Shown here: piece by piece, positions 30,214-40,180 of the stretch
Position numbering within the stretch: position 1 is the first letter of the stretch
Layout: each line of letters begins with the position of its first letter
Notes under the pieces: model-generated
Seen by the model: the letters and a program-made list of their open reading frames with translations, nothing else
What the model was told of the DNA's origin: nothing
The model's database searches: none
Position numbers and translations under genes: made by a program
NCBI GenBank assembly: GCA_016839515.1
Contig: JAEOUE010000054.1
Coordinates: forward strand, 1-56,250
Direction: 5' to 3'
From: Candidatus Hodarchaeum mangrovi
GTDB taxonomy: Archaea > Asgardarchaeota > Heimdallarchaeia > Hodarchaeales > Hodarchaeaceae
DNA length: 56,250 bases

Positions 30214-31902
30214 TCACTCGGGAGAAATTAATCTTACATATCCTAATTTTCTTAATTCTTCTAAGCATTGGAGTTCAATTATCTCATCTCTCTTGGTTAT
30301 TTTAGCAGCAGTTTCAGGAGAAAGTACATTAGATGTAAAAAGAGCTCTTGCTGTCGGTTTTAATTTTTCAGGGAGAGATAGAATTGCCAAAGCGTCATAT
30401 GCCTGTATTTGAACGTACTCAGGTGGTCTAGTGCAGGAACAAAGTAGATTTCCAGTTTTTGCTTCTATTTGATTTTTAAATTTATGTGGATTTAGACCTA
30501 ATTCAAGAAGAAAATTGTGGCGTGCATTATGTGTAGAAGTAAATTCTAGCATTAATAAGAACCTTATATCTTCATTCTCCAAAGAATTTTTTGCAAATTC
30601 TTTGAAAAGCTCTTCAGGATCGCCATGAAGGAGATCTTTTTGAGTTCCATAGCTTAATATTTTAGTCCGAAGGTTTTCAGAAACAGTATGGATATCAAAA
30701 ATATAAAACTCAAATATCTGTTCAACAAGTTCGCGTGCTTTTGAAAATCCTCCTATTCTCCCTGTTTTTGAAAAATCAATTATAGAATCCTTAAATTCTT
30801 TTTCAAACTTCTGAATACAATCAGAAAGGAGTGTCACCAACTGGTCATTTTCAATCGGAGTATAAAGGATTCCTAATACCATTTTACCTTTCCTTAAATA
30901 GATTTTTACATTTCCATTATCAATGAAATGGAGATCTCCTCGTCTTCCTGCTGTTTCAGATACCATTTGGGCGATACTCATCATAGCAGCTGTGATTAAG
31001 GCTGGATTCTTCATTTCATCCTCAGCTTTTCCAAAAAAGTAATAATACATTGTAGCTCCTGAAACAGTATCAGTGAAGAATAATGCAATTGGGCTTTCCT
31101 CACCGTCTCGTTTTATGTCTGGTTGTACTCTACTTGAGGCTGTAAATTCTTGAAATAAATCATTTATTTCATTAAATATCTCATTCACTGTTGAATCAGG
31201 ATTTTCAATCTGAAAAATACCTTCATTACTAAAATTATTCAATTCTTCTAACCAAGGTATTAAATACCAAATTGGTTGCCTAATTTTTTTCTCTAAGTCT
31301 TCTCTAAACCGATCAAGTTTTGTTAGTAGTAGAGGGGGTTTTATTTTATTAAATAAAAGTAGAGTTGGTTTAGTGAGAAAATTAAAGAAATTTTGGATTG
31401 CAGAACGGGTTAAGCTAACCTCAGGATACTTTTCAGTAGTCATAATCCAGATCATGTCGCTTTCGAGGATGGCATTCATACTGATTGAATTTTCCTCAAT
31501 ACTTACAGGTAATAGAAAGATTAAAAGATCTATTGTATTTCGGAAAAAAAGAGCATTTTTTCGATACTCTAATCTTTTCTTTTGATCTGGTAAAGTAATA
31601 AGGCATCCAGAAGATGGAAGAATCCTCAAAAATGATCCCTGATCTTGATCTTCAAATATCGATAGGGCTTCATTAACTAAAATATCATCAGAAATCTCAC
31701 TTAAAAAATCTGTGCTTGTAAAGGAAGATTTGCCATATTTATTTAATGAATATCTGAGCGTTTCGGGATCTAGGAAATCTACTATAAGAACCCTCATTCC
31801 TGGATTTATTTTGACATATGATAGGAAAACATTCAATGCAATAGTTTTTTTTCCGCAGCTAGAAGTACGAGAATAGATACTGATGACCTTTGGTAATGAC
31901 AA
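30214..31902 (-). CDS. Degenerate MinD/ParA-like domain + longin-like domain + C-terminal winged helix
   Basis: VISIYSRTSSCGKKT, RVLIVD, LLFNKI; central FFTDTVSGATMYYYFF..LITAAMMSIAQM..KFEKEF; terminal PETAAKIT..LEELRKLGYV. Confidence 0.7.
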   Translation of the reverse strand: MSLPKVISIYSRTSSCGKKTIALNVFLSYVKINPGMRVLIVDFLDPETLRYSLNKYGKSSFTSTDFLSEISDDILVNEALSIFEDQDQGSFLRILPSSGCLITLPDQKKRLEYRKNALFFRNTIDLLIFLLPVSIEENSISMNAILESDMIWIMTTEKYPEVSLTRSAIQNFFNFLTKPTLLLFNKIKPPLLLTKLDRFREDLEKKIRQPIWYLIPWLEELNNFSNEGIFQIENPDSTVNEIFNEINDLFQEFTASSRVQPDIKRDGEESPIALFFTDTVSGATMYYYFFGKAEDEMKNPALITAAMMSIAQMVSETAGRRGDLHFIDNGNVKIYLRKGKMVLGILYTPIENDQLVTLLSDCIQKFEKEFKDSIIDFSKTGRIGGFSKARELVEQIFEFYIFDIHTVSENLRTKILSYGTQKDLLHGDPEELFKEFAKNSLENEDIRFLLMLEFTSTHNARHNFLLELGLNPHKFKNQIEAKTGNLLCSCTRPPEYVQIQAYDALAILSLPEKLKPTARALFTSNVLSPETAAKITKRDEIIELQCLEELRKLGYVRLISPE

Positions 31903-32502
31903 AGCTTTTCACCCAATTATTTTTTATTGTACAATTTAATGAGAATTAGATGTACACTCAATTTATAGTTTTATACTAAATCATTGTAATATTTATAAAA
32001 ATCTTCTCCTGTTTTACGTCCCAATTTTCCTATTTATACCATTTTCCCTAATAAGAGAGATTTGTGAAATTTAAGTCTAAATTCATTTGTTACATATTCG
32101 AAAATATTTAATGCTGTATCTAAGCTATTTAAATCTCCTAATGGTAGACAAGTAATCATCCTTAAGGCGAATCAGTCGATTTTTGATCTATTTGAGTTTT
32201 TTTGGAAATTAAAGGATTGTTAAAATAGAAATTGATAATTTTTACCTAGTATTTCATGTTCTTCTGAATATCATCATTCCCCTCTGAAAAATGATATTAA
32301 CAAAGAAATTTGATATGGAATATATAAAATCTATTAATCTGGCAAAAAACTTCCTGATTAAGTAAATAAAACTGTATTGATAGTAAAAATTAAAAAAATT
32401 CTATAAAGTCTGTTCTAAACATTATAAACGGAGTATAGAGAATTTATATCCATTATATTTAGTGCATTAAAATCCTTATTCTTCATTTGTTTAATATGCA
32501 GG

Positions 32503-33318
32503 ATGATGTGTGGTAATATGTCCCAAGAGCTGCAAAATCAAACTCCAAATATTAAAATTTCATTAGATGAAGTTGGTGTGACTGATTTTAAAACCCAAAT
32601 CTCAATTACCCGGGGTTCAAGAATTTATCGGTATACCGTTACAGTAAGCGTGGTTATTAACCTACCTTCAAATCAAAAAGGTGCTCATTTATCACGCTTT
32701 GTTGAGACAATATCTGAAGTCTTAAGTAGTGAGATAGAAACGCACTATTCTCTTGAAGAAATGTCTATTCATGTTTTAAAAACACTTAATGATCGACATG
32801 AGTTTATTAAAGCCTCGATAAGTCTAGATTTTCTGTTTTTCACATCAAGAGTAACTCCAGTTACTAAAAAGCCGTCAAAAGAATATTATAAAGGAAAATT
32901 AATAACTTGGTGGGATAATAAAGAGATTGAACATGAATTATCTCTCGGAACCTTTGGTAATACCGTTTGTCCTCATGCTCTCTCCCGAAATTCCTCTCAA
33001 AGGACTCACATACAACGAGCGTATGCTGAAATTACTTTGAGAGGAAAAACTAAAGATATTCCTGATATGGAGGATTTAAGTAAGATCATTGATCAAAGTT
33101 TTTCTTCACCAACCTTTTCATTATTAAAATCTGAAGATGAACAATGGGTAGTAGAAAGAATGCACAGAAATCCATTATTTGTTGAGGATGTGACTCGTAA
33201 TCTATTAGAACTAGCCTCAAAACATTATTTAGAGAAAAATCTGAAGATAAAAGCACAAACCATTTCTCAAGAATCTATCCACAAACATAATGTAGTATCA
33301 CGTGGATCGATTCCTTAA
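32503..33318 (+). CDS. mptA: GTP cyclohydrolase FolE2/MptA family
   Basis: VGV, KGAHLSRF, TVCP, THIQR, LKSEDE, NPLFVEDVTR, ESIHKHN. Confidence 0.9.
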   Translation: MMCGNMSQELQNQTPNIKISLDEVGVTDFKTQISITRGSRIYRYTVTVSVVINLPSNQKGAHLSRFVETISEVLSSEIETHYSLEEMSIHVLKTLNDRHEFIKASISLDFLFFTSRVTPVTKKPSKEYYKGKLITWWDNKEIEHELSLGTFGNTVCPHALSRNSSQRTHIQRAYAEITLRGKTKDIPDMEDLSKIIDQSFSSPTFSLLKSEDEQWVVERMHRNPLFVEDVTRNLLELASKHYLEKNLKIKAQTISQESIHKHNVVSRGSIP

Positions 33319-33341
33319 AGTTTTTAGGTATTAATATTTCT

Positions 33342-34700
33342 TTAATTTTCATCTTTACCTCTTTCTCGGCCAACAAGATCACGAAATTTCTTAGCTGCTG
33401 CAAAAATTCCTATTCCACCAACAGAGAAGGCCTTTTTTCCCACAGTAAGTGCTAAATCCTTTTTCCCAACCTCTCCTCTTTTAATTTTATCTATATAATC
33501 TATAAGGTCTTCGTATGGAGGTAAAAAGTCAAATCTAATAATATCTGTTTCCCAATAACCCTTTCCTCTTTGCATCGTGTAAAAAAGCATTACAATGAGA
33601 AGGATTAATACCATAAAAGCCATTGTAATATCATGATACACTTCTGAAAGAGGTAGAGCTCCAAAAAGTAGTTCATACGCAGAAGCTAATCCACTTAAAA
33701 CTTGAAGTTGGATGAGATGAAAGCCTAAATAAAGCCCTAAATATATTAAAACAATCCCCTCTCCTCCGACAAAACCAATAAATCTTCCTATACGAAAAGG
33801 ATCCTCTTTTATTTTCCTTTTAGTGCCGGTTGTTTGGACGATTCCTTTTAATTTAACCCGACGAGAAATATTTTGTGCAGTATAAAGAAGAGAAAAAAGA
33901 ACAAAAATATAATCAAAACTAGAAACTACACTTTCTGTTCCACTCACTGAAGAAAGGAATATCAGTAATTGATTTGGGAGACTAATTATAAAGAATAAAC
34001 CTAAGATAGTATTAAAAACATCATCAGAATAGATATATCCATTGACCACAATAATTATGAGTATTGCAACTCCGGCTCCTATAAACCCTAAAACTAAATA
34101 ACTGAATCTTAATTCAGTAAATCCAATGTAAATCATTATCAAATTCCAAAACAAAGATAATATTGCAATTAATGACATCAATCCCGAAAAAATTGATTTT
34201 CTTTCAGAGATAGGTTTTCCTAGAAATAAGATACTACCTGTAAGTTTATTTGACATCATCCCCTTCGTAAAGGCAAAGGTAGCTAATGGTGCTAAAAACG
34301 CCCAACTAAGGAAAGCGAACAAAGGAAATGCTTGGGTTAATAATTCAGATACGAATTGAAAAGTATTATTATCTTGTGAAAGATAATATAAGATTTGAAC
34401 AATTAAAACGGTTATCAAAAGAATTAAAAATCTTAGTATTAGATTTAGCTTTTTAGAAAGCAATCCTGATATAATGAAGCCAATTGCAATACTAATTTGC
34501 AATAAAAACACAAAATCAACTGTAAGTAAACTGATAAATGGTATATCTTGTCCTTCGAAAACAACCACTCCAGTTGTAATGATTGAAGTTATAAACAAAA
34601 TTAAAGAAAAGAGAATAAATCTTCTAGAAATAAGAATCCTTACCCCTGAAAATAAAGTTGATTTTAAATAGTCCCAAAATGCTTTTTCAATATAACTCAA
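33342..34700 (-). CDS. Polytopic membrane protein of unknown function
   Basis: About 10 hydrophobic segments; TTG start with GAGG. Confidence 0.8.
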   Translation of the reverse strand: MSYIEKAFWDYLKSTLFSGVRILISRRFILFSLILFITSIITTGVVVFEGQDIPFISLLTVDFVFLLQISIAIGFIISGLLSKKLNLILRFLILLITVLIVQILYYLSQDNNTFQFVSELLTQAFPLFAFLSWAFLAPLATFAFTKGMMSNKLTGSILFLGKPISERKSIFSGLMSLIAILSLFWNLIMIYIGFTELRFSYLVLGFIGAGVAILIIIVVNGYIYSDDVFNTILGLFFIISLPNQLLIFLSSVSGTESVVSSFDYIFVLFSLLYTAQNISRRVKLKGIVQTTGTKRKIKEDPFRIGRFIGFVGGEGIVLIYLGLYLGFHLIQLQVLSGLASAYELLFGALPLSEVYHDITMAFMVLILLIVMLFYTMQRGKGYWETDIIRFDFLPPYEDLIDYIDKIKRGEVGKKDLALTVGKKAFSVGGIGIFAAAKKFRDLVGRERGKDEN

Positions 34701-34834
34701 CTCAAAAACCTCTTAAGAATTTGATCAATACAGCATTATGGTACAACCTAATAATTTAGTTTAAAATCTCTTCGATCTCATCAGAAGCTATCGATTTTAG
34801 TTAAATTAACACAGTATAAAATGAATTAACAAAG

Positions 34835-35143
34835 GTGATTTTGATGGAATTACAGAGTCTAGCAAAGCAAGTTGACGATTATATTATTTCACATGGTGGA
34901 TATTGGGATCTTCCTTGGCTTCTTGCAGCCATTACTGAAGAACTAGGTGAACTTGCAAGAGCTCTACAGGAGTATTTGAATGTCCGTAAGATTGATAAAA
35001 AGCGGCAGCTAGAATTCCCTTTACAACTTGTTAAAAATGAATGTGGGGATCTCTTGTTTTCATTATTTTGTTTGACCAATTTCCTCGAAATTGATTTGGG
35101 AAAAGCACTATTAGAAACATTAGACAAGTACTCCTCACGTTAA
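34835..35143 (+). CDS. MazG-like nucleotide pyrophosphohydrolase
   Basis: GGYW, TEELGELAR, ECGDLLF, IDL..AL...LDKY..R. Confidence 0.88.
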   Translation: MILMELQSLAKQVDDYIISHGGYWDLPWLLAAITEELGELARALQEYLNVRKIDKKRQLEFPLQLVKNECGDLLFSLFCLTNFLEIDLGKALLETLDKYSSR

Positions 35144-35281
35144 AAGACACTTTATATCCAATTATCCTAAATAAAGATTAAATCAAGGAGTTTGAAGATT
35201 TAGCATATTTTTACGATGCCTCGAGGCCTACTTATATAATAGTCTAAGCTTCCATTTAATTCCAGATAAATAAAAATCTAG

Positions 35282-36715
35282 ATGGTTAAAATGGTAAGTG
35301 CAGTTAAATTAATTGCTGGAATTTTTATTTTTTTGATAGGATTTCCAATATTCATCGGAGGTTCGGCAATCCTGCTAGTTGTTCCGGTATTTACCGATAA
35401 TCAAGGGTATTTTATGACTAGAAACATGCGGATTAGCGAAACTGGAGTTCAGGCAATAAGACTAGATATTCCTTTAGATACGGTGAATATTGGAGTACGA
35501 ATTGACCCCTCAAAATTCGTTACACTGAAGATGAATGCTTTCGATTCACTAGGAGATTCTGTTTTTGTGGGACTTTGTACTATGTCTAATGCAGAACAAT
35601 TCCTTTCTACCAGTATCTCTTATTTGTATATCACAAATTTTGAATATTTTGAAAATTGGGATCTTGGTGGTGAACCGTCCTATACTATTGAATATAGCAA
35701 AAGACCAAATGGTACAAATTGGCAGTTACCAAATGTGAGTTTTATATCGTGGCTTACAGGTGGAACTCTAGGAACTGAATTTATATGGAAACCTACTTAT
35801 GAGGATGTAACCAGCGGATCTATATCCCTAATTGCCATGAACGCGGATTTTGGTGCCTCTAACTCCATTGATATTACTTTCAGTGTAGGTGCTAGAGTCC
35901 CAATTATCAATGCAATTGGATGGATACTTGTTGTATTTGGTGGTTTATTCGGTTTACTCGGTATTATATTAATTTGGAGTGGTATTAGAACAAAAAGAAG
36001 ACATGAAAGGATACGATATTATCAAGGTGCCCCTACAAATATCGTTGAAGCTAAACCACGAGCTCAAACGGAATTTATGTTGCAATGTACAAACTGTGGT
36101 TCATTAAATGAACGAGATAGTGCTTTTTGTTCTCAATGTGGAGAGATATTACTCTCAGAGGATCAAAAAACAGTTAAAGAAGCGGTAAAGGACAAAGAAG
36201 CCATTACAGTCTACAAAGAACCTGTTGGTAATCGTCTCATCATTGCTGATTTTGGATCACGTTTTTGGGCTTTTTTAATTGACTGGGTAATTATCAGTTT
36301 AATAACTTCCACCTTAAGTTCGATACTATTCTTTGGATTCTGGGACTTTTGGGGTAATAGTTCTATTTCTATCTTTCCCTGGATCTTTTCTATAGGTCCT
36401 TCTTCTCTGTTATTCTTCATATACACCTTCTTGATGGAGTATTATTATGGACAAACTTTGGGAAAGATGGCCCTTAATCTAGAAGTAGTTTCTGAAAATA
36501 CAGGTGAGAAACCTCTAATAGGTGACTTGATAATCTCCTCATTAGGTAGAGCATTCTTTTTACCAATAGATCTTATCTTAGGTAGAATTATAAAGGATGA
36601 GTCTCAAATTCCTGATTTGAATCAACGATTAACTCAAAAATGGTCACGGACTGTTGTTATCAGACAACAAAAACAAAAAGAAAAAACCCCACAATTCATC
36701 TCAAGCAGATTTTAA
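35282..36715 (+). CDS. Membrane protein with ectodomain, zinc ribbon and RDD domain
   Basis: N-terminal TM, second TM near aa 210-235, CTNCG..FCSQCG, RFWAFLID, GQTLGKM, QRL. Confidence 0.85.
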   Translation: MVKMVSAVKLIAGIFIFLIGFPIFIGGSAILLVVPVFTDNQGYFMTRNMRISETGVQAIRLDIPLDTVNIGVRIDPSKFVTLKMNAFDSLGDSVFVGLCTMSNAEQFLSTSISYLYITNFEYFENWDLGGEPSYTIEYSKRPNGTNWQLPNVSFISWLTGGTLGTEFIWKPTYEDVTSGSISLIAMNADFGASNSIDITFSVGARVPIINAIGWILVVFGGLFGLLGIILIWSGIRTKRRHERIRYYQGAPTNIVEAKPRAQTEFMLQCTNCGSLNERDSAFCSQCGEILLSEDQKTVKEAVKDKEAITVYKEPVGNRLIIADFGSRFWAFLIDWVIISLITSTLSSILFFGFWDFWGNSSISIFPWIFSIGPSSLLFFIYTFLMEYYYGQTLGKMALNLEVVSENTGEKPLIGDLIISSLGRAFFLPIDLILGRIIKDESQIPDLNQRLTQKWSRTVVIRQQKQKEKTPQFISSRF

Positions 36716-36758
36716 TGTCTGCTCTTTTTTTTTAACCTATTAATTTCTCCATATCCTA

Positions 36759-37226
36759 TTAAGACAGATATTCTCGTTTTAATATTTCATGAGATTCTTT
36801 CAATACTCTTGAATAGTCCTCAAAGGTTAACATTGATAATGCTTCCTCATATGTTACCCATTTCCAATTAACATGTTCTTTGGAAATTTCAATATTCTGA
36901 GAATAGAACCGTACCAAAAAGAAAACTACTTTTTTCACAATATTTATTACTCCTCTCTTAGGAAAATAAATTGAATCACTGATTAAGCGTTTTAAAATTT
37001 TAAAATCGCTTATCCCGGTCTCTTCTCTTATCTCTCGAACCGCAGTTTCTTCATATGTTTCTCCAAAATTTTGACGGCCTTTGGGAAAAGCCCAGTATTT
37101 ATATGGTCCATTATGTAGGAGTAAAAGGTATAAAGGTTCTTGATTTTTTTCGTTTGTAAAATAAACTGGAACTCCTCCACATGAAACTTCATCAAAGACG
37201 GAAGAATCTACCGGTTTAACTGGCAT
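36759..37226 (-). CDS. NUDIX hydrolase (Ap4A hydrolase-like)
   Basis: SCGGV, WAFPKG, Nudix box G.....E...AVREIREETG, SKEH. Confidence 0.9.
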   Translation of the reverse strand: MPVKPVDSSVFDEVSCGGVPVYFTNEKNQEPLYLLLLHNGPYKYWAFPKGRQNFGETYEETAVREIREETGISDFKILKRLISDSIYFPKRGVINIVKKVVFFLVRFYSQNIEISKEHVNWKWVTYEEALSMLTFEDYSRVLKESHEILKREYLS

Positions 37227-37468
37227 TGTTCAAGGACTCACTTTTTTATTAGTTGAAAACACCTTATTTGAAAAATTATTATGAATCAATACATAGTTAA
37301 AACTGTTTTGCTGTATAGAGTTAATTATTTTTCATTATAAGCCAAGTTAATTCTTGTATGTAAATAATATGGAATAGTTAACATAAGTACTTTTTAAAAT
37401 TCAAAAATACCTGATATTTACATCAATAAAATGTAGTTTTTAATCTATTAACTCTCGGAGCTGACACC

Positions 37469-38371
37469 TTGGAAGGATCTGATACAAATCAATACAGGAT
37501 TATACTGAAAAGTGATGATTCTGATAGTAATCTTAGAAATAAAAAAGGATTATTAACTTTTCACTCAAAAAAAATAAAATTTACTCCTCAGAATAGCGAA
37601 ATAGGACACTCAAAATCGTATTCTCTTGGTAATTTAAAGAGTGCAATTCTCATATCTCAAAGAGTATTATTACGAAAAAAAGATCTTGTAAAACTTCAAT
37701 TTACCCAAAGAGAAAGCATATTAAATGTTCTTATTGAACCTTTAGATGTTTCTGCAAGATTCTTAATTGAAACGATTATCACAACAAAAGAAAACTCACA
37801 AAAATCGTCTCTACAAGGTGTATTTGGGTCATTTATTGAAAAAATGGGGGCCGAAAGTCAAAAATTTGTTAGAGAGGTTGGTGCAATCATCGAATCCTCG
37901 TCAAAAGATCTTAGTCAAGCAATTGACCAATCCATTCAATTCATTAGGGATGCCATAAATACAGCTAACCTTTTGGAATCTATAGACTTAGAAAAATCTA
38001 AAAAAGAAAAGACACTCAACTTAGAAATAAAAGATATAGATGAAATTTTACGAAGATCGCTAGCTTCTGATAAAATTGATGCAATGATTGCTGGTCTTAT
38101 TGCTAAAGGTTTAATCTCTGCACAAGACCAAAAAATCTCAGAAGCACTTGACGCTTTAAAAATTGCACGAGAAGCTGCGAAAAATGAAAATATGGAAGAA
38201 TATAGTCGGGTAGCTGATGAAAACATTAAGCAATTAGAAGAAAAACGTGCATTTGATCCTCAAGATCCAGAATTAAGTAAAAAAGCCAAAATGTATGCTG
38301 AAGAAGCAAAGCAAATCGTTGATGAGTGGGAAAAATCAAAACAAGAGGCTTTTGATGACGAAACAGCATAA
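37469..38371 (+). CDS. Hypothetical protein with PH-like beta N-terminus and helical C-terminus
   Basis: 300-aa ORF; KGLLTF..KKIKFTP strand pattern; helical hairpins at the C-terminus. Confidence 0.65.
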   Translation: MEGSDTNQYRIILKSDDSDSNLRNKKGLLTFHSKKIKFTPQNSEIGHSKSYSLGNLKSAILISQRVLLRKKDLVKLQFTQRESILNVLIEPLDVSARFLIETIITTKENSQKSSLQGVFGSFIEKMGAESQKFVREVGAIIESSSKDLSQAIDQSIQFIRDAINTANLLESIDLEKSKKEKTLNLEIKDIDEILRRSLASDKIDAMIAGLIAKGLISAQDQKISEALDALKIAREAAKNENMEEYSRVADENIKQLEEKRAFDPQDPELSKKAKMYAEEAKQIVDEWEKSKQEAFDDETA

Positions 38372-39479
38372 AAAACTTGGGACAAAAATAATTATACTAA
38401 TAGGCATATTTCTTATACTTCAAACCTCTTATTGGTTCTCTATTACTCTGAAAAGTCCAAATAGTTTCTCTAATAAATATCTAGAATCTTTTTTTAATTC
38501 AACCAAGTCATTGGAATTAATTCAGGAACAAATTAATCTGGGACCACGTATCCCTGGTTCAAATGCAATTGAAAGGACACGACACTTTATTGTTAATGAG
38601 TTACAAGATTGGAATATTGTCTTTCAGAATTTTTCAAAGGGTTGGGGATTACAAAAAGATGTACCAATTGTTAACCTTATCTGTCAGCCACCTTCTTTTC
38701 AGCAGTCAGAACAAATATTTTTGATAATGGCCCATTATGATACTCGTCTTTGGGCAGATAATGACCCAAACTATTTAAAAAGAAAGGAGCCAGTTCTTGG
38801 AGCAAATGATGGAGCTAGTGGGGTTGCAGTTTCCATAGAATTGGCCAAGGTATTGTTTAAATATCATAATCTGACAAATTTTTACCTAGTTTTTTTTGAT
38901 GCAGAAGATCAAGGTGGTATTAATGGATGGAATTGGATTCTTGGGTCACGATATTTCTCCTCATCTGATATATTGACTGATATAAATCCGTCTTTTGCAA
39001 TACTTTTAGATATGGTAGGGGCAAAAGATGCATCTTTTTTCAAGGAAATCAATTCTTTGAATTATGCCGAGGATTTAGTGGAATTTATATGGGATACAGC
39101 TCATACAATCGGTTATAACAACTATTTCATAAACAAATCAGGCAGATCAATAACTGATGATCATATCCCACTTTTAGAAAAAGGTATTCCAGCAATTGAC
39201 ATTATAGATGATTTTGATATTAGATTCACTCCATGGCATACAAGTTTTGACAATATAACCTTTATTGATATACAAACTCTTCAGGCTGTTGGAACGACAT
39301 TAGAAAATGCTCTTGTGTTATTAAATAATGAACATAAGAATCTAATCTTTCTTTCTTCCTTTCATTATTCTCCTTCTTTTGAATTTTTCTGGGTTCTAAG
39401 TCCTGGAATATTTTTAAAGTTCTATAGATGCACTCGTTCTAAAAAAAATATGAAAAAAAGTCTGGGATTTTATCCATAA
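38355..39479 (+). CDS. Membrane-anchored M28 family peptidase / glutaminyl cyclase-like protein
   Basis: N-terminal TM; AHYDTR, GANDGASG, FFDAED, LLDMVG, DDHIP, WHT; probable start is the ATG at 38355 (ORF open from 38295). Confidence 0.88.
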   Translation: MTKQHKKLGTKIIILIGIFLILQTSYWFSITLKSPNSFSNKYLESFFNSTKSLELIQEQINLGPRIPGSNAIERTRHFIVNELQDWNIVFQNFSKGWGLQKDVPIVNLICQPPSFQQSEQIFLIMAHYDTRLWADNDPNYLKRKEPVLGANDGASGVAVSIELAKVLFKYHNLTNFYLVFFDAEDQGGINGWNWILGSRYFSSSDILTDINPSFAILLDMVGAKDASFFKEINSLNYAEDLVEFIWDTAHTIGYNNYFINKSGRSITDDHIPLLEKGIPAIDIIDDFDIRFTPWHTSFDNITFIDIQTLQAVGTTLENALVLLNNEHKNLIFLSSFHYSPSFEFFWVLSPGIFLKFYRCTRSKKNMKKSLGFYP

Positions 39480-39531
39480 AGTATTTATTTTTTAACTCGG
39501 ATTCAATCCATTGTAGTAAGAGAGGATATAG

Positions 39532-40005
39532 ATGACTCCAAAAAAAGAATTACATACTCAGTTGGTATTTCGTTCCTTAACAACAAAAGACATTGATGCA
39601 ATTATTCAGATAGATCAACAAATTATTCGTAGAGAAAGATCTCCATTATTCAAAGAACAATTATTTGAGCAAATCGAAAAACATGGAGAAGAAAGTTTTG
39701 GGGCACTTACTCCCGAAGGGAAATTAGTAGGATATGTAATTGCAGAAACAAAGGTTTATATTTATGGTGATGATGATTTAAGCGCTTGGATTATTTTATT
39801 AGGCGTTGACCCAGAGTTTCAGGACAAGGGGATTGGAACTGCATTAGCCAAGCATGTCATCAATTACTTCACAAAAAAGAAAATTAAAGTAATTCGAACT
39901 GTTACTGCTTGGAATTGGGGCGATTTAGTAGAATTCTTCTCTTCGGTTGGTTTTAAACTCTCCACCTACCTCACATTGGAATTTAAAATTGGGAAAACAT
40001 CCTAA
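39532..40005 (+). CDS. GNAT family N-acetyltransferase
   Basis: LGVDPEFQDKGIGTAL acetyl-CoA motif; FFSSVGF. Confidence 0.9.
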   Translation: MTPKKELHTQLVFRSLTTKDIDAIIQIDQQIIRRERSPLFKEQLFEQIEKHGEESFGALTPEGKLVGYVIAETKVYIYGDDDLSAWIILLGVDPEFQDKGIGTALAKHVINYFTKKKIKVIRTVTAWNWGDLVEFFSSVGFKLSTYLTLEFKIGKTS

Positions 40006-40021
40006 GGGGCAAATTAATATT

Positions 40022-40168
40022 ATGAGTGACTCATTAAGACAAAGTAAATTCGAAGTTTATGGAGAGGAGATGTTGGAAAAGGAAGTAAAAAAATCAGGTA
40101 ACTCAGGAAGAGTTTATTTACCTCCAAGCTGGATTGGAAAACGCGTTAAGATCATTCGAATGGACTAA
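40022..40168 (+). CDS. DUF2080-family small protein (AbrB-like fold)
   Basis: FEVYGEEMLEKEVKKSGNSGRVYLPPSWIGKRVKIIR; ATG at 40022 gives 48 aa. Confidence 0.85.
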   Translation: MSDSLRQSKFEVYGEEMLEKEVKKSGNSGRVYLPPSWIGKRVKIIRMD

Positions 40169-40180
40169 CCATCTTATCTC

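Noticed and set aside
40022-40168. DUF2080 as a marker of a mobile element
   Set aside because: No transposase, TnpB or terminal repeats nearby
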